Source: an uncultured Actinomycetes bacterium (GTDB lineage Bacteria > Actinomycetota > UBA4738 > JBBDTT01). Taken from it: 64,000 bases of DNA. A model generated the notes under the pieces. The model searched no databases, had not been told where the DNA came from, and worked only from the letters and a program-made list of their open reading frames with translations. The position numbers and the translations under genes were made by a program. The stretch is from NCBI GenBank assembly GCA_963742735.1, contig CAVUMN010000003.1:544001-608000 (forward strand), in the 5' to 3' direction. Positions 8,289 to 19,039 of the stretch are shown here, in pieces; the stretch's first letter is position 1; each line of letters starts with the position of its first letter.

Positions 8289-9320
8289 GTGAACCGGAGG
8301 CTCCCAGGGCAAGCCCGCCTCTCCGAGGACGACCTGATCGCGGCCCTGCGCCGCCTGCTGTCGGCCGACGCTCCCGGCGTGCAGGTGGGGGTCGGAGACG
8401 ACGCCGCGATCGTCGAGCTGGGCCGTCATCCCGCCGTCGTGACCACCGATCTCCTCGTCGAGGGCGTCCACTTTCGCCGGAGCGCCACCTCCTCGCACGA
8501 CCTCGGCTACAAGGCCATCGCCGTCAACGTCTCCGACGTCGCCGCCATGGGAGGGAGCCCTCGGTACGCCACGGTCGGGCTGGGGCTGCGCGGCGGCGGC
8601 GAGGCGCCCTTCGTCATGGAGCTGTACGGGGGGATGCTGGAGGCCGCCGGCGAGTATGGCCTGTCGATCGTGGGCGGCGACCTCAGCCGCGCCGACCGCG
8701 TGGTGATCTCCGTGACCGTCGTGGGGGAGGTGGCCCAGGGCCATGCCGTGACGCGCTCGGGGGCGCGCCCCGGCGATCGGATCGTGGTGACCGGCGCGTT
8801 GGGGGCTGCCGCCGGAGGCCTCCGCCTGGCGCAGTCCGACCCCTCCCGGATCACCGAGTCCCTCGGGACCGACTGGGCCCGGGACCTCGCCATCGCCCTG
8901 GACCGCCCCGTGGCGCGGGTGGGAGAGGGCCTCACGCTCGCCCAGGCCGGGGCGACGGCGATGATGGACCTGTCCGACGGCCTGTCCACGGACCTGCCTC
9001 GCCTGTGCGCGGCGAGCGGGGTCGGAGCACGTGTCCGGCGCGCGGCGCTGCCGGTGGCCCCCGCGCTGCACGACCTCCAGAAGGTCCTGGGAACCGATCC
9101 GGTCGACCTGGCGGTCCACGGCGGCGAGGACTACGAGCTCCTGGCCGCGCTGCCCGCCGACGCCGTGGAGCCGGCCCTCCGCAAGCTCGGCGAGCGGTAT
9201 GGGACCTCGCTCGCCGAGATCGGGGAGATCACGGACGCCGCCGGCTCGGTCGTGCTGATGGATGACGACGGCGGTGAGCGCGCGCTGGAGCCCGGCGGCT
9301 GGGACCACTTCGGTGTCTGA
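8289..9320 (+). CDS. thiL: thiamine-monophosphate kinase
   Basis: [50 protein letters not shown]. Confidence 0.95.
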   Translation: MNRRLPGQARLSEDDLIAALRRLLSADAPGVQVGVGDDAAIVELGRHPAVVTTDLLVEGVHFRRSATSSHDLGYKAIAVNVSDVAAMGGSPRYATVGLGLRGGGEAPFVMELYGGMLEAAGEYGLSIVGGDLSRADRVVISVTVVGEVAQGHAVTRSGARPGDRIVVTGALGAAAGGLRLAQSDPSRITESLGTDWARDLAIALDRPVARVGEGLTLAQAGATAMMDLSDGLSTDLPRLCAASGVGARVRRAALPVAPALHDLQKVLGTDPVDLAVHGGEDYELLAALPADAVEPALRKLGERYGTSLAEIGEITDAAGSVVLMDDDGGERALEPGGWDHFGV

Positions 9321-10137
9321 GGTTCCCCGGGCGCTGTCCATCGCGGGCTCGGACTCGGGAGGCGGCGCCGGGATCCAGGCCGACCTGAAGACGTTCCAGG
9401 CCCTCGGGGTATTCGGCATGACGGCGATCACCGCGGTGACCGTCCAGAACACCAAGGGGGTGACGGGCTACGAGGAGCTGTCGCCTCAGCTCGTCGGCGA
9501 CCAGATCCGCGCGGTGGTCGGCGACATCGGCGCCGATGCCGCGAAGACGGGCATGCTGGCCTCGGCTCCGATCATCGAGTCCGTCGCGGAGGCCGTGCGC
9601 GAGACGGGGATCACGAACCTCGTCGTCGACCCGGTGTTCGTCTCGAAGCACGGGCATCCGCTGCTGGCCGAGGACGCCGTGGGGGCCCTCCGCGAGCGGA
9701 TCGTCCCCCTGGCCATCCTGGTCACGCCGAACCTGCACGAGGCCGCGGGCCTGGCCGGCTTCCGCGTCGAGTCCCGCCCGGACATGGAGCGCGCGGCCGG
9801 GGCGATCCTGGCCCTCGGGCCTCGCGCGGTCCTGGTGAAGGGGGGTCACCTCGAAGGTTCGGCGGCGGATCTGTTCGCCGATGGCGACCGGACGGAATGG
9901 CTCGAGTCCGAACGGATCGACACGCCCCACACCCACGGGACCGGGTGTGTGCTGTCGGCCTCGATCACGGCCCACCTCGCGCTGGGCGACGACCTCGTCT
10001 CCTCCGTCCGCGCGGGAAAGGCCTTCGTGACCGAGGCCATCCGCCACGGGCTGGCCATCGGGCAGGGGATCGGCCCCGCCAACCCGGCGTGGCGCATATC
10101 GCCCGGCCGGGACGAATCGCGCATGGGCGACACTTGA
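9313..10137 (+). CDS. thiD: hydroxymethylpyrimidine/phosphomethylpyrimidine kinase
   Basis: [44 protein letters not shown]. Confidence 0.95.
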   Translation: MSEVPRALSIAGSDSGGGAGIQADLKTFQALGVFGMTAITAVTVQNTKGVTGYEELSPQLVGDQIRAVVGDIGADAAKTGMLASAPIIESVAEAVRETGITNLVVDPVFVSKHGHPLLAEDAVGALRERIVPLAILVTPNLHEAAGLAGFRVESRPDMERAAGAILALGPRAVLVKGGHLEGSAADLFADGDRTEWLESERIDTPHTHGTGCVLSASITAHLALGDDLVSSVRAGKAFVTEAIRHGLAIGQGIGPANPAWRISPGRDESRMGDT

Positions 10138-10163
10138 CCCTCACGCCGGACGCCGCCTAGTCT
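10134..10163 (+). promoter_or_regulatory. sigma70-type promoter TTGACC-N18-TAGTCT
   Basis: Near-consensus hexamers 27 nt upstream of the ATG at 10191. Confidence 0.55.
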
Positions 10164-10190
10164 GGGGGACCCCCGAGCCTGGAGTCGGCA

Positions 10191-12038
10191 ATGTCGAGGC
10201 GTCCGCACCCCAAGTCCTCCAACTGGCCGCGCGTCATGCTCGCCACGGTGCTCGTCGCCGTGGTCTTCGCGCAGGCCGCGCCGAGCGGCGCCGAGACCCC
10301 GCAGCCGCCGGTGTACGGCCTGGGGTCCCTCACGATCCAACCCGCCGTCGTCGACTCTGCGTGCCCGAAGACCAGCCTCGGCTACGTGGACGACTGGACG
10401 TGCACGCACTTCTCCGTCACCCCCGACACCTGCCCCATGGCGCCCGAGTCCGGGCCCGGGTACTTCGCCGCGTCGCCCGACCCGACCGGCGGAACGAAGG
10501 GCATCGTCGTCATGTTCAACGCCGGCGAAGGGGGGAGGTACTGGAGCTACGGGACCACCAACACCGGCATCACCACCGTCGAGCGGATGTACCAGGACGG
10601 CGGGCTGAAGGTGTTCCAGGTCCGGTGGCCGGTTCGAGGCTGGGGTCGCTCGGCTCTCGGCGTGAAGGCCGGCCCGGCGCGGCTGGCGTGCCGGATCGCC
10701 ACGATCACCAAGTACCTTCACGACCAGTACTGGTTGCCGCTGGAGGCCAGCCTGGTCACCCCGGCCGGACAGTGCGGCTTCTGCGCGGTGGGCGCTTCCG
10801 GGTCCTCCGGCGGGATCAGCTACATGCTCTCGCACTACGGGATGGACCAGTACCTGGACGCGCTCGTCCCCCACGGGGGTCCCACCCATGTCGCGATCGA
10901 CCGAGGGTGCGGTCCTCGCCGGCAGGACATCGGATACCGCTACCCGTCTCCCGATGAGTTCGACAAGGCCTACGGCTGGATGAGCTCAGATCCCGCCAGT
11001 CCCTGGTACACACCGAAGGGCCCGTGCGCCACGCAGAACGCCACGTCCACCTGGCTCACGACCTGGGTGAACGACAACGTCAACGCCCCGGGCGCCGACA
11101 ACTACTACCCGGGCACGCGTGTGCACGTCGTGGTGGGCGAGACCGACGGCCTCCAGCGCCAGCGAGCGAACGTCGAGTACGCCAACTGGCTCAACGACGG
11201 GTACGCCAACCGGACGGATCCGCTCCCGACCGATCCGCTGCCCCGGCTGAACGTTCGGATCGTCACGGGACAGGCCCACAACCTGAACGCGGCCGGGTAC
11301 GACGCGGTCTACGCGGCGCTCACGTGGACCGGCGGGGCGCAGGGGTGCAGCAACGGGTTCGACGACGACTGGGACGGCGTGGTCGACCTCGCCGACGGCG
11401 GCTGCACGGGGGCGTCCGACCTGCTGGAGCGCCAGGCGGGAGGCGCGACTCCGTGCGACGACGGGCTCGACAACGACGGGGACGGCGCCGCGGACTTCGC
11501 GACCTCACTCCCGTCGGATCAGGGCTGCTCGGGTGTCGCCGATTCGTCCGAGCGGACGCCGCAGTACCCGTGCGACGACGGCGCCGACAACGACGGCGAT
11601 GGGCTCGTCGACTTCCCCGCCGACCCCGGGTGCCCCACCGCCATCGGCGCGGAGGGCTCGGGCGGTGGCGGGCCGCAGACCATCTCGTTCGTCGCGACGT
11701 CGGTGAGCGTGACCGAGCGCGACCCGGGTCAGACCCAGCCGAAGTGTGTCGTGAAGATCAAGCTGTCCGGCGTTCCCTCCACCGACACGTTCGTGAACTA
11801 CGCGACGGCGAATGGCACGGCGATCGCCGGTTCCGACTACACGGCGAAGAGCGGAAAGATCAAGTGGGCGGTCGGGACGTCCACCCTCACCAAGAGCGTG
11901 GGCATCCTGCTGACCAACGACGCGTCCAACGAGAACAACGAGACGTTCAAGGTGAACCTGTCCGGAGCCACGCCGGCCGGCACCACGATCTCGACTCCCA
12001 GCGCGACGTGCACGATCGTGGACGACGCGGGCGGGTGA
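10191..12038 (+). CDS. secreted multidomain protein: putative alpha/beta-hydrolase-like domain, Cys/Asp-rich repeats, Calx-beta domain
   Basis: Signal peptide; GASGS elbow-like motif; three C-x-[ND]-G-x-D-[DN]-D-x-D-G repeats; C-terminal VNYATANGTAIAGSDY...NETFKVNLS...TIVDD (Calx-beta). Confidence 0.7.
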   Translation: MSRRPHPKSSNWPRVMLATVLVAVVFAQAAPSGAETPQPPVYGLGSLTIQPAVVDSACPKTSLGYVDDWTCTHFSVTPDTCPMAPESGPGYFAASPDPTGGTKGIVVMFNAGEGGRYWSYGTTNTGITTVERMYQDGGLKVFQVRWPVRGWGRSALGVKAGPARLACRIATITKYLHDQYWLPLEASLVTPAGQCGFCAVGASGSSGGISYMLSHYGMDQYLDALVPHGGPTHVAIDRGCGPRRQDIGYRYPSPDEFDKAYGWMSSDPASPWYTPKGPCATQNATSTWLTTWVNDNVNAPGADNYYPGTRVHVVVGETDGLQRQRANVEYANWLNDGYANRTDPLPTDPLPRLNVRIVTGQAHNLNAAGYDAVYAALTWTGGAQGCSNGFDDDWDGVVDLADGGCTGASDLLERQAGGATPCDDGLDNDGDGAADFATSLPSDQGCSGVADSSERTPQYPCDDGADNDGDGLVDFPADPGCPTAIGAEGSGGGGPQTISFVATSVSVTERDPGQTQPKCVVKIKLSGVPSTDTFVNYATANGTAIAGSDYTAKSGKIKWAVGTSTLTKSVGILLTNDASNENNETFKVNLSGATPAGTTISTPSATCTIVDDAGG

Positions 12039-12053
12039 GCTGAAGCTTCGGGC

Positions 12054-12245
12054 CTAGACGGCCCGGGTGATCTTGCCGGCCTTCAGGCACTTCGTGCAGA
12101 CATTGACCCGCTTCGGGGTTCCGTCGACGAGCGCGCGGACGCGCTGCACGTTCGGGTTCCACCGGCGCTTGGATCGCCGGTGCGAGTGGGAGATGTTCAT
12201 CCCGAACCCGGGGGTCTTTCCGCAGACGTCGCAGACCGCAGCCAT
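12054..12245 (-). CDS. rpmB: 50S ribosomal protein L28 (Zn-binding form)
   Basis: [34 protein letters not shown]...VCTKCLK. Confidence 0.97.
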   Translation of the reverse strand: MAAVCDVCGKTPGFGMNISHSHRRSKRRWNPNVQRVRALVDGTPKRVNVCTKCLKAGKITRAV

Positions 12246-12276
12246 GAGCGCTCGATGGTAGCAGACGGCCGCGTGG

Positions 12277-13995
12277 CTACCCCGGCGAACCGCCGCGGCG
12301 ACGAACGGCGACCAGCGAGGCAAGCACGAGCACGAGAACGATCGCGCCGAGGACCAGGGCGAGGCCGAGCGGAGACTCGCCGGCGGGGGCCGGAGGCAGG
12401 GCCAGCCCGTCCGTCGGGCTCGGGCCGGGTTTCGGCGCGTCCGACTCCACGGACGTGAGCCGTTTTGCCCGAAGCACGAGGGTGTCGATCCCATCGGAGA
12501 CCGTCGCCGTCACCCGATAGTCGCCGCTCGGCAGGCCCGCCGGCACGATGAAGGTGCGGGTGAACGTTCCCCGTTTGTGGGGCTTGACGGCCGGCAGCGA
12601 GTGCGCGGTGCCGTCCCCGTCGACCAGCGCGACCGACACGTTCACGTTGGCGCTCGACTCGATCCCCACGCCCGAGCGCCGGCCCGCCTCGGCCTGCATC
12701 GGAGGCCCGAACAACCGGGCCTCGAGCACCGGCGCCGGGAGCTTCGCCGCGGTCACGCGCAGCGGCCGGGCGGGGACGATCCGCCACGGCCCCGATCCGC
12801 GCAGGCGTTTCCCCCGTGCCGACGGTGCGTCGGCCGCCACGGTCACGCTGGTGAGCCCCGTGGCCACGCCCACGCGGATCGTCGGCGGAACATTTGCGTC
12901 GCGCGGCGTCAGTCCTCCGTAGTAGTGGGCGAGGATCTCGCCCGCGTTCACCCCGCGCCGGGCCTTCCCGTAGGCGCCCCACTGGACCATCCCGGTCCCG
13001 TGGCCCCAGCCCCGGCCGTCCACCACCAGGTCGCGCCCGTCGGTTCTCGCGTCGAACCACTTGGAGGGGATCGTCTGGGGCAGGCCGGGGTGGTCCTCCT
13101 GCTCGAGGTCCTCCCCGGGATAGGAGGCGGGGTCCAGGCACACGGAGCGGTCGTTGATCGCGATCCGAAACGAGACCTTCGACATCGTGACCCGTCGCCC
13201 GCCGCCGCGGATCACCAGGTTCTCGCCCTCCTGGGAGACCGCCGCCATGTCGCCTCCGGGCCAGTCGCCGGACGCGGCCAGGAACCGGGCCACGTCGGCG
13301 AGCGGGAGACGGGCGGTCCATCGGGAGACCGGCGACGCGCCGTCGTCGGACTCGCCGACGCCGCGCAGGTACGGGAGCGGGGTCCCGCCCTCGAACACCT
13401 CCTCGTTGTCGTACGTCCGGCCGTTCGAGGTCGAGAAGTAGAACGTCTCGGCCGGGTGCCCGTCGTGGAGCAGGGCCGTGCCGGCGGTTCGGGCGACGGC
13501 GTCGCGCCACCGGGAGCCCCACGCCCCGTGGGAGACGCCCAGCCCTCGATAGACCTGGCAGGCGTCGGTGGCGCACAGGTCGTAGCCCAGGACGTCGCCG
13601 GTGCTGTCCCCGCGTTCGAGCCGGGACAGGGCGTAGGTCCGTGCCGCCACGACCTGGGCGTCGAGCGCCGCGGCCGGCCAATCCCGGGGGACCTCGGCGA
13701 TGCCCTCCAGGTAGGTCTCGAACGGGAGCTCGTTGATCACGAAGAGCGTGCCGTCGGAGGCCTTGCCGACCTCGACGCGCCCCGTGAGACGAAGGTGCAG
13801 CGGGGCGCGCTCGTCGCGGGCGCATTCCGTCTCCAGCGGGGGATACGTGCCGTGTACCAGGACGGAGTCGGCCTCGACGAACGTTCGGGGAGGCGCGGCG
13901 GCGGCCGCGGGCCCCGCGGCGACGGCCGGCCCCACGATCGACAGCGCGAGGAGCGCGACCACTCCGGCGGGCGCCGCGCGGGACGGCCGGCTCAG
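12277..13995 (-). CDS. SpoIID/LytB-domain protein (lytic transglycosylase-like) with C-terminal membrane anchor
   Basis: [53 protein letters not shown]. First canonical start is GTG 13962; CTG at 13995 (overlapping the upstream TGA) would add the basic signal-peptide n-region. Confidence 0.85.
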   Translation of the reverse strand: MSRPSRAAPAGVVALLALSIVGPAVAAGPAAAAAPPRTFVEADSVLVHGTYPPLETECARDERAPLHLRLTGRVEVGKASDGTLFVINELPFETYLEGIAEVPRDWPAAALDAQVVAARTYALSRLERGDSTGDVLGYDLCATDACQVYRGLGVSHGAWGSRWRDAVARTAGTALLHDGHPAETFYFSTSNGRTYDNEEVFEGGTPLPYLRGVGESDDGASPVSRWTARLPLADVARFLAASGDWPGGDMAAVSQEGENLVIRGGGRRVTMSKVSFRIAINDRSVCLDPASYPGEDLEQEDHPGLPQTIPSKWFDARTDGRDLVVDGRGWGHGTGMVQWGAYGKARRGVNAGEILAHYYGGLTPRDANVPPTIRVGVATGLTSVTVAADAPSARGKRLRGSGPWRIVPARPLRVTAAKLPAPVLEARLFGPPMQAEAGRRSGVGIESSANVNVSVALVDGDGTAHSLPAVKPHKRGTFTRTFIVPAGLPSGDYRVTATVSDGIDTLVLRAKRLTSVESDAPKPGPSPTDGLALPPAPAGESPLGLALVLGAIVLVLVLASLVAVRRRGGSPG

Positions 13996-14549
13996 ACGAC
14001 CTTCCGAAGCTCGGTTCGCAGGAGGTCCAGGTCGACCTCGCCGTGATGGACGAAGACCCGCTCACCCGAGGCGTCGAAGAGGAGCGTGACCGGCTGGCCG
14101 ACGAACCCCCAGTCGTCGCGGATCGTCCCGTTCAGGTCGAAGACGCTGGGGTAGCGCCACGCGAAATCGCGCATGAAGGCTCGGGCGGACTCGCGGTCGT
14201 CGAGGATGTCGATCCCCAGGAACTGCACGCGCTCGCCGAACTCCTCGCTGGCCGCGCTGAGGGACGGCGCCTCCCGCTCGCACGGCGGGCACCACGATCC
14301 CCACACGTTGACCAGCACCGGCGTCCCCTCGAGCTGGCCGAGCAGGTCGGCGAACGCCTCGGGGCCGAACTCCGGGAGCTCGAACGCGTCGGTGGGCAGC
14401 AGCGCGGCGGTCGTGGCGTTGAGCGCGCCCCCGGTGGGCGTCGTCGTGGTACCGCCGGAGGCCGTGGGCGAGGGGTCCGGCTCGGGCGACGTGCAGGCCG
14501 AGACGAACAGCGTCGCCGCCAGGAGGAGAGCCGAGATCGTTCGCCGCAT
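13992..14549 (-). CDS. TlpA/ResA-like thiol-disulfide oxidoreductase lipoprotein
   Basis: Lipobox VSAC; LVNVWGSWCPPCEREAP; GQPVT cis-Pro loop. Confidence 0.9.
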   Translation of the reverse strand: MRRTISALLLAATLFVSACTSPEPDPSPTASGGTTTTPTGGALNATTAALLPTDAFELPEFGPEAFADLLGQLEGTPVLVNVWGSWCPPCEREAPSLSAASEEFGERVQFLGIDILDDRESARAFMRDFAWRYPSVFDLNGTIRDDWGFVGQPVTLLFDASGERVFVHHGEVDLDLLRTELRKVV

Positions 14550-14604
14550 CTGCCCGATGCTAGCGTGCGGTTCCGTGATTGGCGGGTGCTATCGTTCGCG
14601 AGCG

Positions 14605-16227
14605 ATGGCGTCGCCGAACCCCCCGGTCCTCGACGCGCGGGCCCTCGTGGACGTCATGGGGCGCTTCGCCGATGCCCTCCGCGCCCATCGAGACGAGCTG
14701 AACTCCCTGAACGTCTTCCCGGTGCCCGACGGCGACACCGGCACCAACATGCTCCTCACCCAGGAGGCGGTCACCCGCGCGCTGGCGGCGAACGGCCACA
14801 CCGGGCTGCCCGAGGTCGGCGACGCGATCGCCCGCGCCTCGCTTATGGGCGCCCGCGGGAACTCGGGCGTGATCCTGTCCCAGGTCCTGCGAGGGCTCGT
14901 CTCCGTGCTGTGCGCCGGTGACCCGCCCGGCCCCGCGGCCCTGGCGGAGGCTCTCGAGGAGGCGACGCGCGAGGCCTACCGGGCGGTGGCCCGTCCCCGC
15001 GAGGGCACCGTGCTGACCGTCCTCGAGGCCGCGGCCGCGGCCGCGCGAGCGGCGTGCGACGCGGGGGGTGGGCTGCCCGAGGTGGCGGAGGCGGCGCTCC
15101 GCGCGGGTGCCGAGGCCCTCGAACGGACGCCCGAGCTCCTGCCCGAGCTCGCCCGCGCCGGCGTGGTCGACGCCGGCGGCCGCGGAGCCCTCCTGCTGTT
15201 CGACGCGCTCGCCTCGGTCCTGACCGGTGAGCCGATGTCGGTCGGCGTCGGCCCCCTCGGCCCCGTCGGGCGGGAGGAGACGGCTCGCCAGCCGGCGCCG
15301 CTCACGTTCTCGCACGAGGTGATGTACCTCCTGGAGGCGGCCGACGATTCGATCGCCGGCCTTGGGGAGGTCCTGGGAACGCTGGGCGACTCCCTGGTCA
15401 TCGTCGGAGGGCGCGGGCTCTACAACGTCCACGTCCACACCAACGAGGCCGACGCGGCGGTGGAGGCCGGACGCGGGGCCGGGCGGCCACGTGAGGTGCG
15501 GATCACCGACCTTCGCGAGGCGGTGGAGGAGCGGTGCCTCGCGGGCCAGGCCCGGGCGGTCCGGGTCGCCGAGCAGCGCGTCGCGATGGTGGCGGTGGCC
15601 GAGGGCGGCGGGCTCTCGGACCTGTTCAGGTCCCTGGGCGCGGTCGTGGTCACCGGCGGCCCGGGGCACAACCCCTCGGTGGAGGAGATCCACGCCGCGA
15701 TCCTGGTGACGGACGCCGATGCGGTGGTGGTCCTGCCGAATCACCGGAACGTGGTCCCCGCCGCCGAGCGAGCCGCGGAAGCGGCGGGGCCCGGGGCGCA
15801 GGTCCTGCCCACGCGGTCGGTTCCCGAGGGCCTGGCCGCAGCGGCCGTCTTCAATGCCCTCGGCGAGCCCGAGTCGGTCCGGGCGGAGATGGCCCGGGCC
15901 GCCGGCGGATGCGCGGCCGGCGAGCTGGCCGTGGCCGGGCGGGAGGCCGAGACCTCCGCCGGCCCGGTCCGTCCCGGCCAGTGGGTGGGGCTCGTCGACG
16001 GGACCATCGAGGTCCTCGGAGGGGATCCGGCCGCCGTCGCGGCCGAGCTGGTGGGGCGCCTGCTCCGCCCCGGTCACGAGGTCCTCACCCTGGTGACCGG
16101 TGAGGGCGCCTCGCCCGAGCAGGCCGAAGCGGTTCGCCTGGCCGTCGCGGCCGCCGCCCCGGACGTGGAGATCGAGGTGCACCGCGGGGACCAGCCCCGG
16201 TATCCGTATCTGATCGGCATCGAATGA
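14605..16227 (+). CDS. DAK2 domain fusion protein (FakA/YloV-like)
   Basis: LNVFPVPDGDTGTNM, GARGNSGVILSQ, EGTVLTV, VVDAGG, VHVHTN, NPS, LPN, ends LIGIE; lies between rpmB and recG. Confidence 0.92.
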   Translation: MASPNPPVLDARALVDVMGRFADALRAHRDELNSLNVFPVPDGDTGTNMLLTQEAVTRALAANGHTGLPEVGDAIARASLMGARGNSGVILSQVLRGLVSVLCAGDPPGPAALAEALEEATREAYRAVARPREGTVLTVLEAAAAAARAACDAGGGLPEVAEAALRAGAEALERTPELLPELARAGVVDAGGRGALLLFDALASVLTGEPMSVGVGPLGPVGREETARQPAPLTFSHEVMYLLEAADDSIAGLGEVLGTLGDSLVIVGGRGLYNVHVHTNEADAAVEAGRGAGRPREVRITDLREAVEERCLAGQARAVRVAEQRVAMVAVAEGGGLSDLFRSLGAVVVTGGPGHNPSVEEIHAAILVTDADAVVVLPNHRNVVPAAERAAEAAGPGAQVLPTRSVPEGLAAAAVFNALGEPESVRAEMARAAGGCAAGELAVAGREAETSAGPVRPGQWVGLVDGTIEVLGGDPAAVAAELVGRLLRPGHEVLTLVTGEGASPEQAEAVRLAVAAAAPDVEIEVHRGDQPRYPYLIGIE

Positions 16228-18410
16228 AGGCCCTCGGCGTGGACGCGCCCGTCAAGGATCTGGGCGGGGTGGCCTCGATGCCCACTCGCGGCGGCCGGGG
16301 GCGGGGCGGCCCGCCGGTGCACGAGGTGCTCTCCGAGAGCCTCGGCGTCCACACGGTCGACGACCTGCTCCATCACTATCCGCGTCGCTACGTCGATCGC
16401 TCCGCGATGGTCCCGATGCGGGACCTGAGGATCGGTCAGGAGGCCACCGTCATCGGGACGGTTCGCAAGGTCAACCGGGCCATGACCCGCCGGCGCCAGA
16501 CCATGGTGACGATCACCATCGGAGACGGCACCGGCTTCCTGGACCTGTTCTGGTTCAACCAGGCCTGGCCGGCCCAGCGGTTCAAGGAGGGCCAGGAGGT
16601 GATGGCCTCGGGGAAGCTCGGCGCGTACCGGGGCCGCCTGCGCGTGCCGAACCCCACGGTCGACATCATCAGGGGCGACGCCTCCGAGGCCGTCCACACC
16701 GGTCGCATCATCCCCATCCACCCCTCGACGGAAGGATTGTCCCCGGGGATGATCCGCCGGCTGGTGTTCGACGCGCTCAAGCGCGTGACGAGGCTGCCGG
16801 ACCCCATCCCGGACGCGCTCCGTCGGGCGGAGGACCTGGTGGCCCTCCCGGTGGCGATGCGCGGGATCCACTTCCCCGAGGACGAGACGCAGCTCCGCGC
16901 CGCGCGCGACCGCCTGAAGTTCGACGAGCTGTTCACCCTGGAGCTGGGGGTCGCGTTCCGGAAGCGCCGCGTGGCCGCCGAGACCCGCGGCGTCGAACAC
17001 GATCTGGCGGGCGCGCTGGCGAAGCGATACCTGGAAGCGCTCCCGTTCGAGCCCACCGAGGGCCAGCGGCGGGCGATCGCAGAGATCGAGGGGGACCTGG
17101 AGAGCTCCGCGCCCATGCATCGGCTCCTCCAGGGCGACGTGGGATCGGGCAAGACCGCCGTCGCCCTGCACGCCGCGATGGTGGCCATCCAGTCCGGACA
17201 CCAGGCCGCCCTCATGGCTCCCACGGAGGTGCTCGCCGCCCAGCACCTGCTGAAGGTCCGGGAGTTCCTCCGTCCCCTCGGTGCCTACGAGGTTGGGGAG
17301 GACGGTCCCGAGGGTCAGCTCGCGCTGGGGGAGGAGCGGCCCGACCGAGAGCTGACCTACGCGCTGCTGACGGCGTCGGTGACGGGGAAGGCTCGCCGGC
17401 GGGTCCTGGACGGTATCGCCTCGGGCGAGGTCGACCTGGTCGTCGGCACCCACGCGCTCGTCCAGGAGGGGGTGGCCTTCCGGGACCTCTCGCTGGCGGT
17501 GATCGACGAGCAGCATCGGTTCGGGGTCCACCAGCGCATCACGCTGAAGGAGAAGGGGGCATCCCCCGACATCCTGATCATGACGGCGACGCCGATCCCC
17601 CGGACGCTCGCGCTGACGTACTACGGCGACCTGGACGTCTCGGTCCTCGACGAGCTCCCCGCGGGCCGGCAGCCGATCGAGACGCGGGTCGTCCGTGGCG
17701 AGGCCCAGCGGGAAGCGGCCTATCGCCTGGTCCGGGAGGAGGTCGCGGCGGGCCGCCAGGCGTTCGTGGTCTGCGCGGCGATCGACGAGGGCAACCGGCT
17801 GGAGGTCAAGGCGGCCGAGGCCGAGGCGGACCGCCTGGCCACCGAGGTGTTCCCCGACCTGCGCGTCGCGCTCCTGCACGGCCGGATGCGCCCGGTCGAG
17901 AAGCAGGACCGCATGGAGGCCTTCCGAGGCGGAAACACCGACGTCCTGATCTCGACGACGGTGATCGAGGTCGGCGTGGACGTTCCGAACGCCACGGTGA
18001 TGCTGGTCGAGAACGCGGAGCGGTTCGGTCTGGCCCAGCTCCATCAGCTCCGGGGCCGTATCGGCCGCGGCGAGCACGCCAGCCACGCGGTGCTGTTCGA
18101 CGAGAGCGAGCCCGACAACGAGGTGGCTCGGGCCCGGCTCGAGGCCATGGTCCGGACCCAGGACGGGTTCGAGCTGGCCGACGTGGACCTGGACCTCCGC
18201 GGAGAGGGGACGCTGTTCGACGTCAAGCAGTCGGGGATGCCGGATCTGAAGCTGGCTCGTCTGTCACGGGACGCGGAGCTGGTGAAGCGAGCCCGCGCGC
18301 GGGCCTTCGCGCTCATCGATGAGGATCCCGAGCTGCAGGCTCACCCCGAGCTCAAGCGAGAGCTGGAGGCGCGTTTCGCGGATGCGATCGAGTGGCTGTT
18401 CCACTCGTAG
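16224..18410 (+). CDS. recG: ATP-dependent DNA helicase RecG
   Basis: RLKFDELF, LLQGDVGSGKT, DEQHRFG, MTATPIPRT, QLHQLRGRIGRG, DGFELA. Confidence 0.97.
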   Translation: MKALGVDAPVKDLGGVASMPTRGGRGRGGPPVHEVLSESLGVHTVDDLLHHYPRRYVDRSAMVPMRDLRIGQEATVIGTVRKVNRAMTRRRQTMVTITIGDGTGFLDLFWFNQAWPAQRFKEGQEVMASGKLGAYRGRLRVPNPTVDIIRGDASEAVHTGRIIPIHPSTEGLSPGMIRRLVFDALKRVTRLPDPIPDALRRAEDLVALPVAMRGIHFPEDETQLRAARDRLKFDELFTLELGVAFRKRRVAAETRGVEHDLAGALAKRYLEALPFEPTEGQRRAIAEIEGDLESSAPMHRLLQGDVGSGKTAVALHAAMVAIQSGHQAALMAPTEVLAAQHLLKVREFLRPLGAYEVGEDGPEGQLALGEERPDRELTYALLTASVTGKARRRVLDGIASGEVDLVVGTHALVQEGVAFRDLSLAVIDEQHRFGVHQRITLKEKGASPDILIMTATPIPRTLALTYYGDLDVSVLDELPAGRQPIETRVVRGEAQREAAYRLVREEVAAGRQAFVVCAAIDEGNRLEVKAAEAEADRLATEVFPDLRVALLHGRMRPVEKQDRMEAFRGGNTDVLISTTVIEVGVDVPNATVMLVENAERFGLAQLHQLRGRIGRGEHASHAVLFDESEPDNEVARARLEAMVRTQDGFELADVDLDLRGEGTLFDVKQSGMPDLKLARLSRDAELVKRARARAFALIDEDPELQAHPELKRELEARFADAIEWLFHS

Positions 18411-18427
18411 GGCCGCCGGGGTTTGGT

Positions 18428-18604
18428 TCAGGCGGCGCCGCGGCCGCGCGTCGCCGTCCGGCGCTTGACCTGACGGATCCGGGCGAAGGTCGAAGGGTGG
18501 ACCGAGATCGCGGCCTCGCGCTCCAGCTCGCAGACCAGGCAGAGTCTCGAAACGCGGGGGGTGAGTTTGCCGCAGGACTCACATCCTGTGAACCAGGCCT
18601 TCAT
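18428..18604 (-). CDS. 58-aa zinc-ribbon micro-protein (paralog A)
   Basis: ATG at 18604 after GGGAGGGAG; MKAWFTGCESCGKLTPRVSRLCLVC...; CxxC-x10-CxxC; aligns from Met1 with 18839..19006. Confidence 0.7.
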   Translation of the reverse strand: MKAWFTGCESCGKLTPRVSRLCLVCELEREAAISVHPSTFARIRQVKRRTATRGRGAA

Positions 18605-18645
18605 CGGGCTCCCTCCCGAAGCGATTATCGCTCCGCTCTCCTCCG

Positions 18646-18672
18646 GTATCGGCACATTTCGCCCCTTCTTGA
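18646..18672 (-). promoter_or_regulatory. sigma28 (WhiG/FliA)-type promoter TCAAG-N14-GCCGATAC
   Basis: Close to the TAAA-N15-GCCGATAA consensus; 41 nt upstream of paralog A; identical boxes and spacing at 26163..26189. Confidence 0.65.
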
Positions 18673-18782
18673 GGTGTGTGTCCCGATATCGGTTAGAGCG
18701 CCGAACCGCGGCCGGGGATACGCGCTGGCGACCGGAAGTCGCGCGGTCAGGCACGGGGACGATCCGGAGGGGGCGGGGCGGA

Positions 18783-18835
18783 GCCCCCACTCCAGACCGA
18801 CCACGGGGCTTGTCCCGTGGCCGGTCTGAGGGGGC
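18783..18835. terminator. long imperfect hairpin just downstream of micro-protein B
   Basis: GCCCCC/GGGGGC, CAGACCG/CGGTCTG and CCACGGG/CCCGTGG pair around a GCTTGT loop; begins 3 nt after the stop at 18839; no U-tract. Confidence 0.55.
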
Positions 18836-18838
18836 GCA

Positions 18839-19006
18839 TCACCGATCGTCGTACCGGTAACGCCTTCGCTCCCGGGCGACTACGCGGCGCGCTGCAGACG
18901 CGTTCGCCTGCCCTGCGGAGCGAGAGGTCTTGCAGTCGTCGCACGTCCCCGAAACGCTCGTGGTCCGAGCGCCGCAGATACCGCATCCGGTGAACCACAT
19001 CCTCAT
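18839..19006 (-). CDS. 55-aa zinc-ribbon micro-protein (paralog B), absent from ORF track
   Basis: Manual translation MRMWFTGCGICGARTTSVSGTCDDCKTSRSAGQANASAARRVVARERRRYRYDDR*; GAGGTAGGTG SD upstream. Confidence 0.7.
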   Translation of the reverse strand: MRMWFTGCGICGARTTSVSGTCDDCKTSRSAGQANASAARRVVARERRRYRYDDR

Positions 19007-19039
19007 GTGCCACCTACCTCGTGCGACTAGTTGACTAGT

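Noticed and set aside
18605-18790. N-terminal extension of track ORF 18428..18790
   Set aside because: It runs through the promoter and hairpin; the SD and paralog alignment place the start at 18604.
18747-19013. Track ORF of 88 aa (MAHEDVVHR...)
   Set aside because: Probably the wrong frame: the overlapping frame from ATG 19006 has the SD, the CxxC motifs and homology to the neighbouring ORF.
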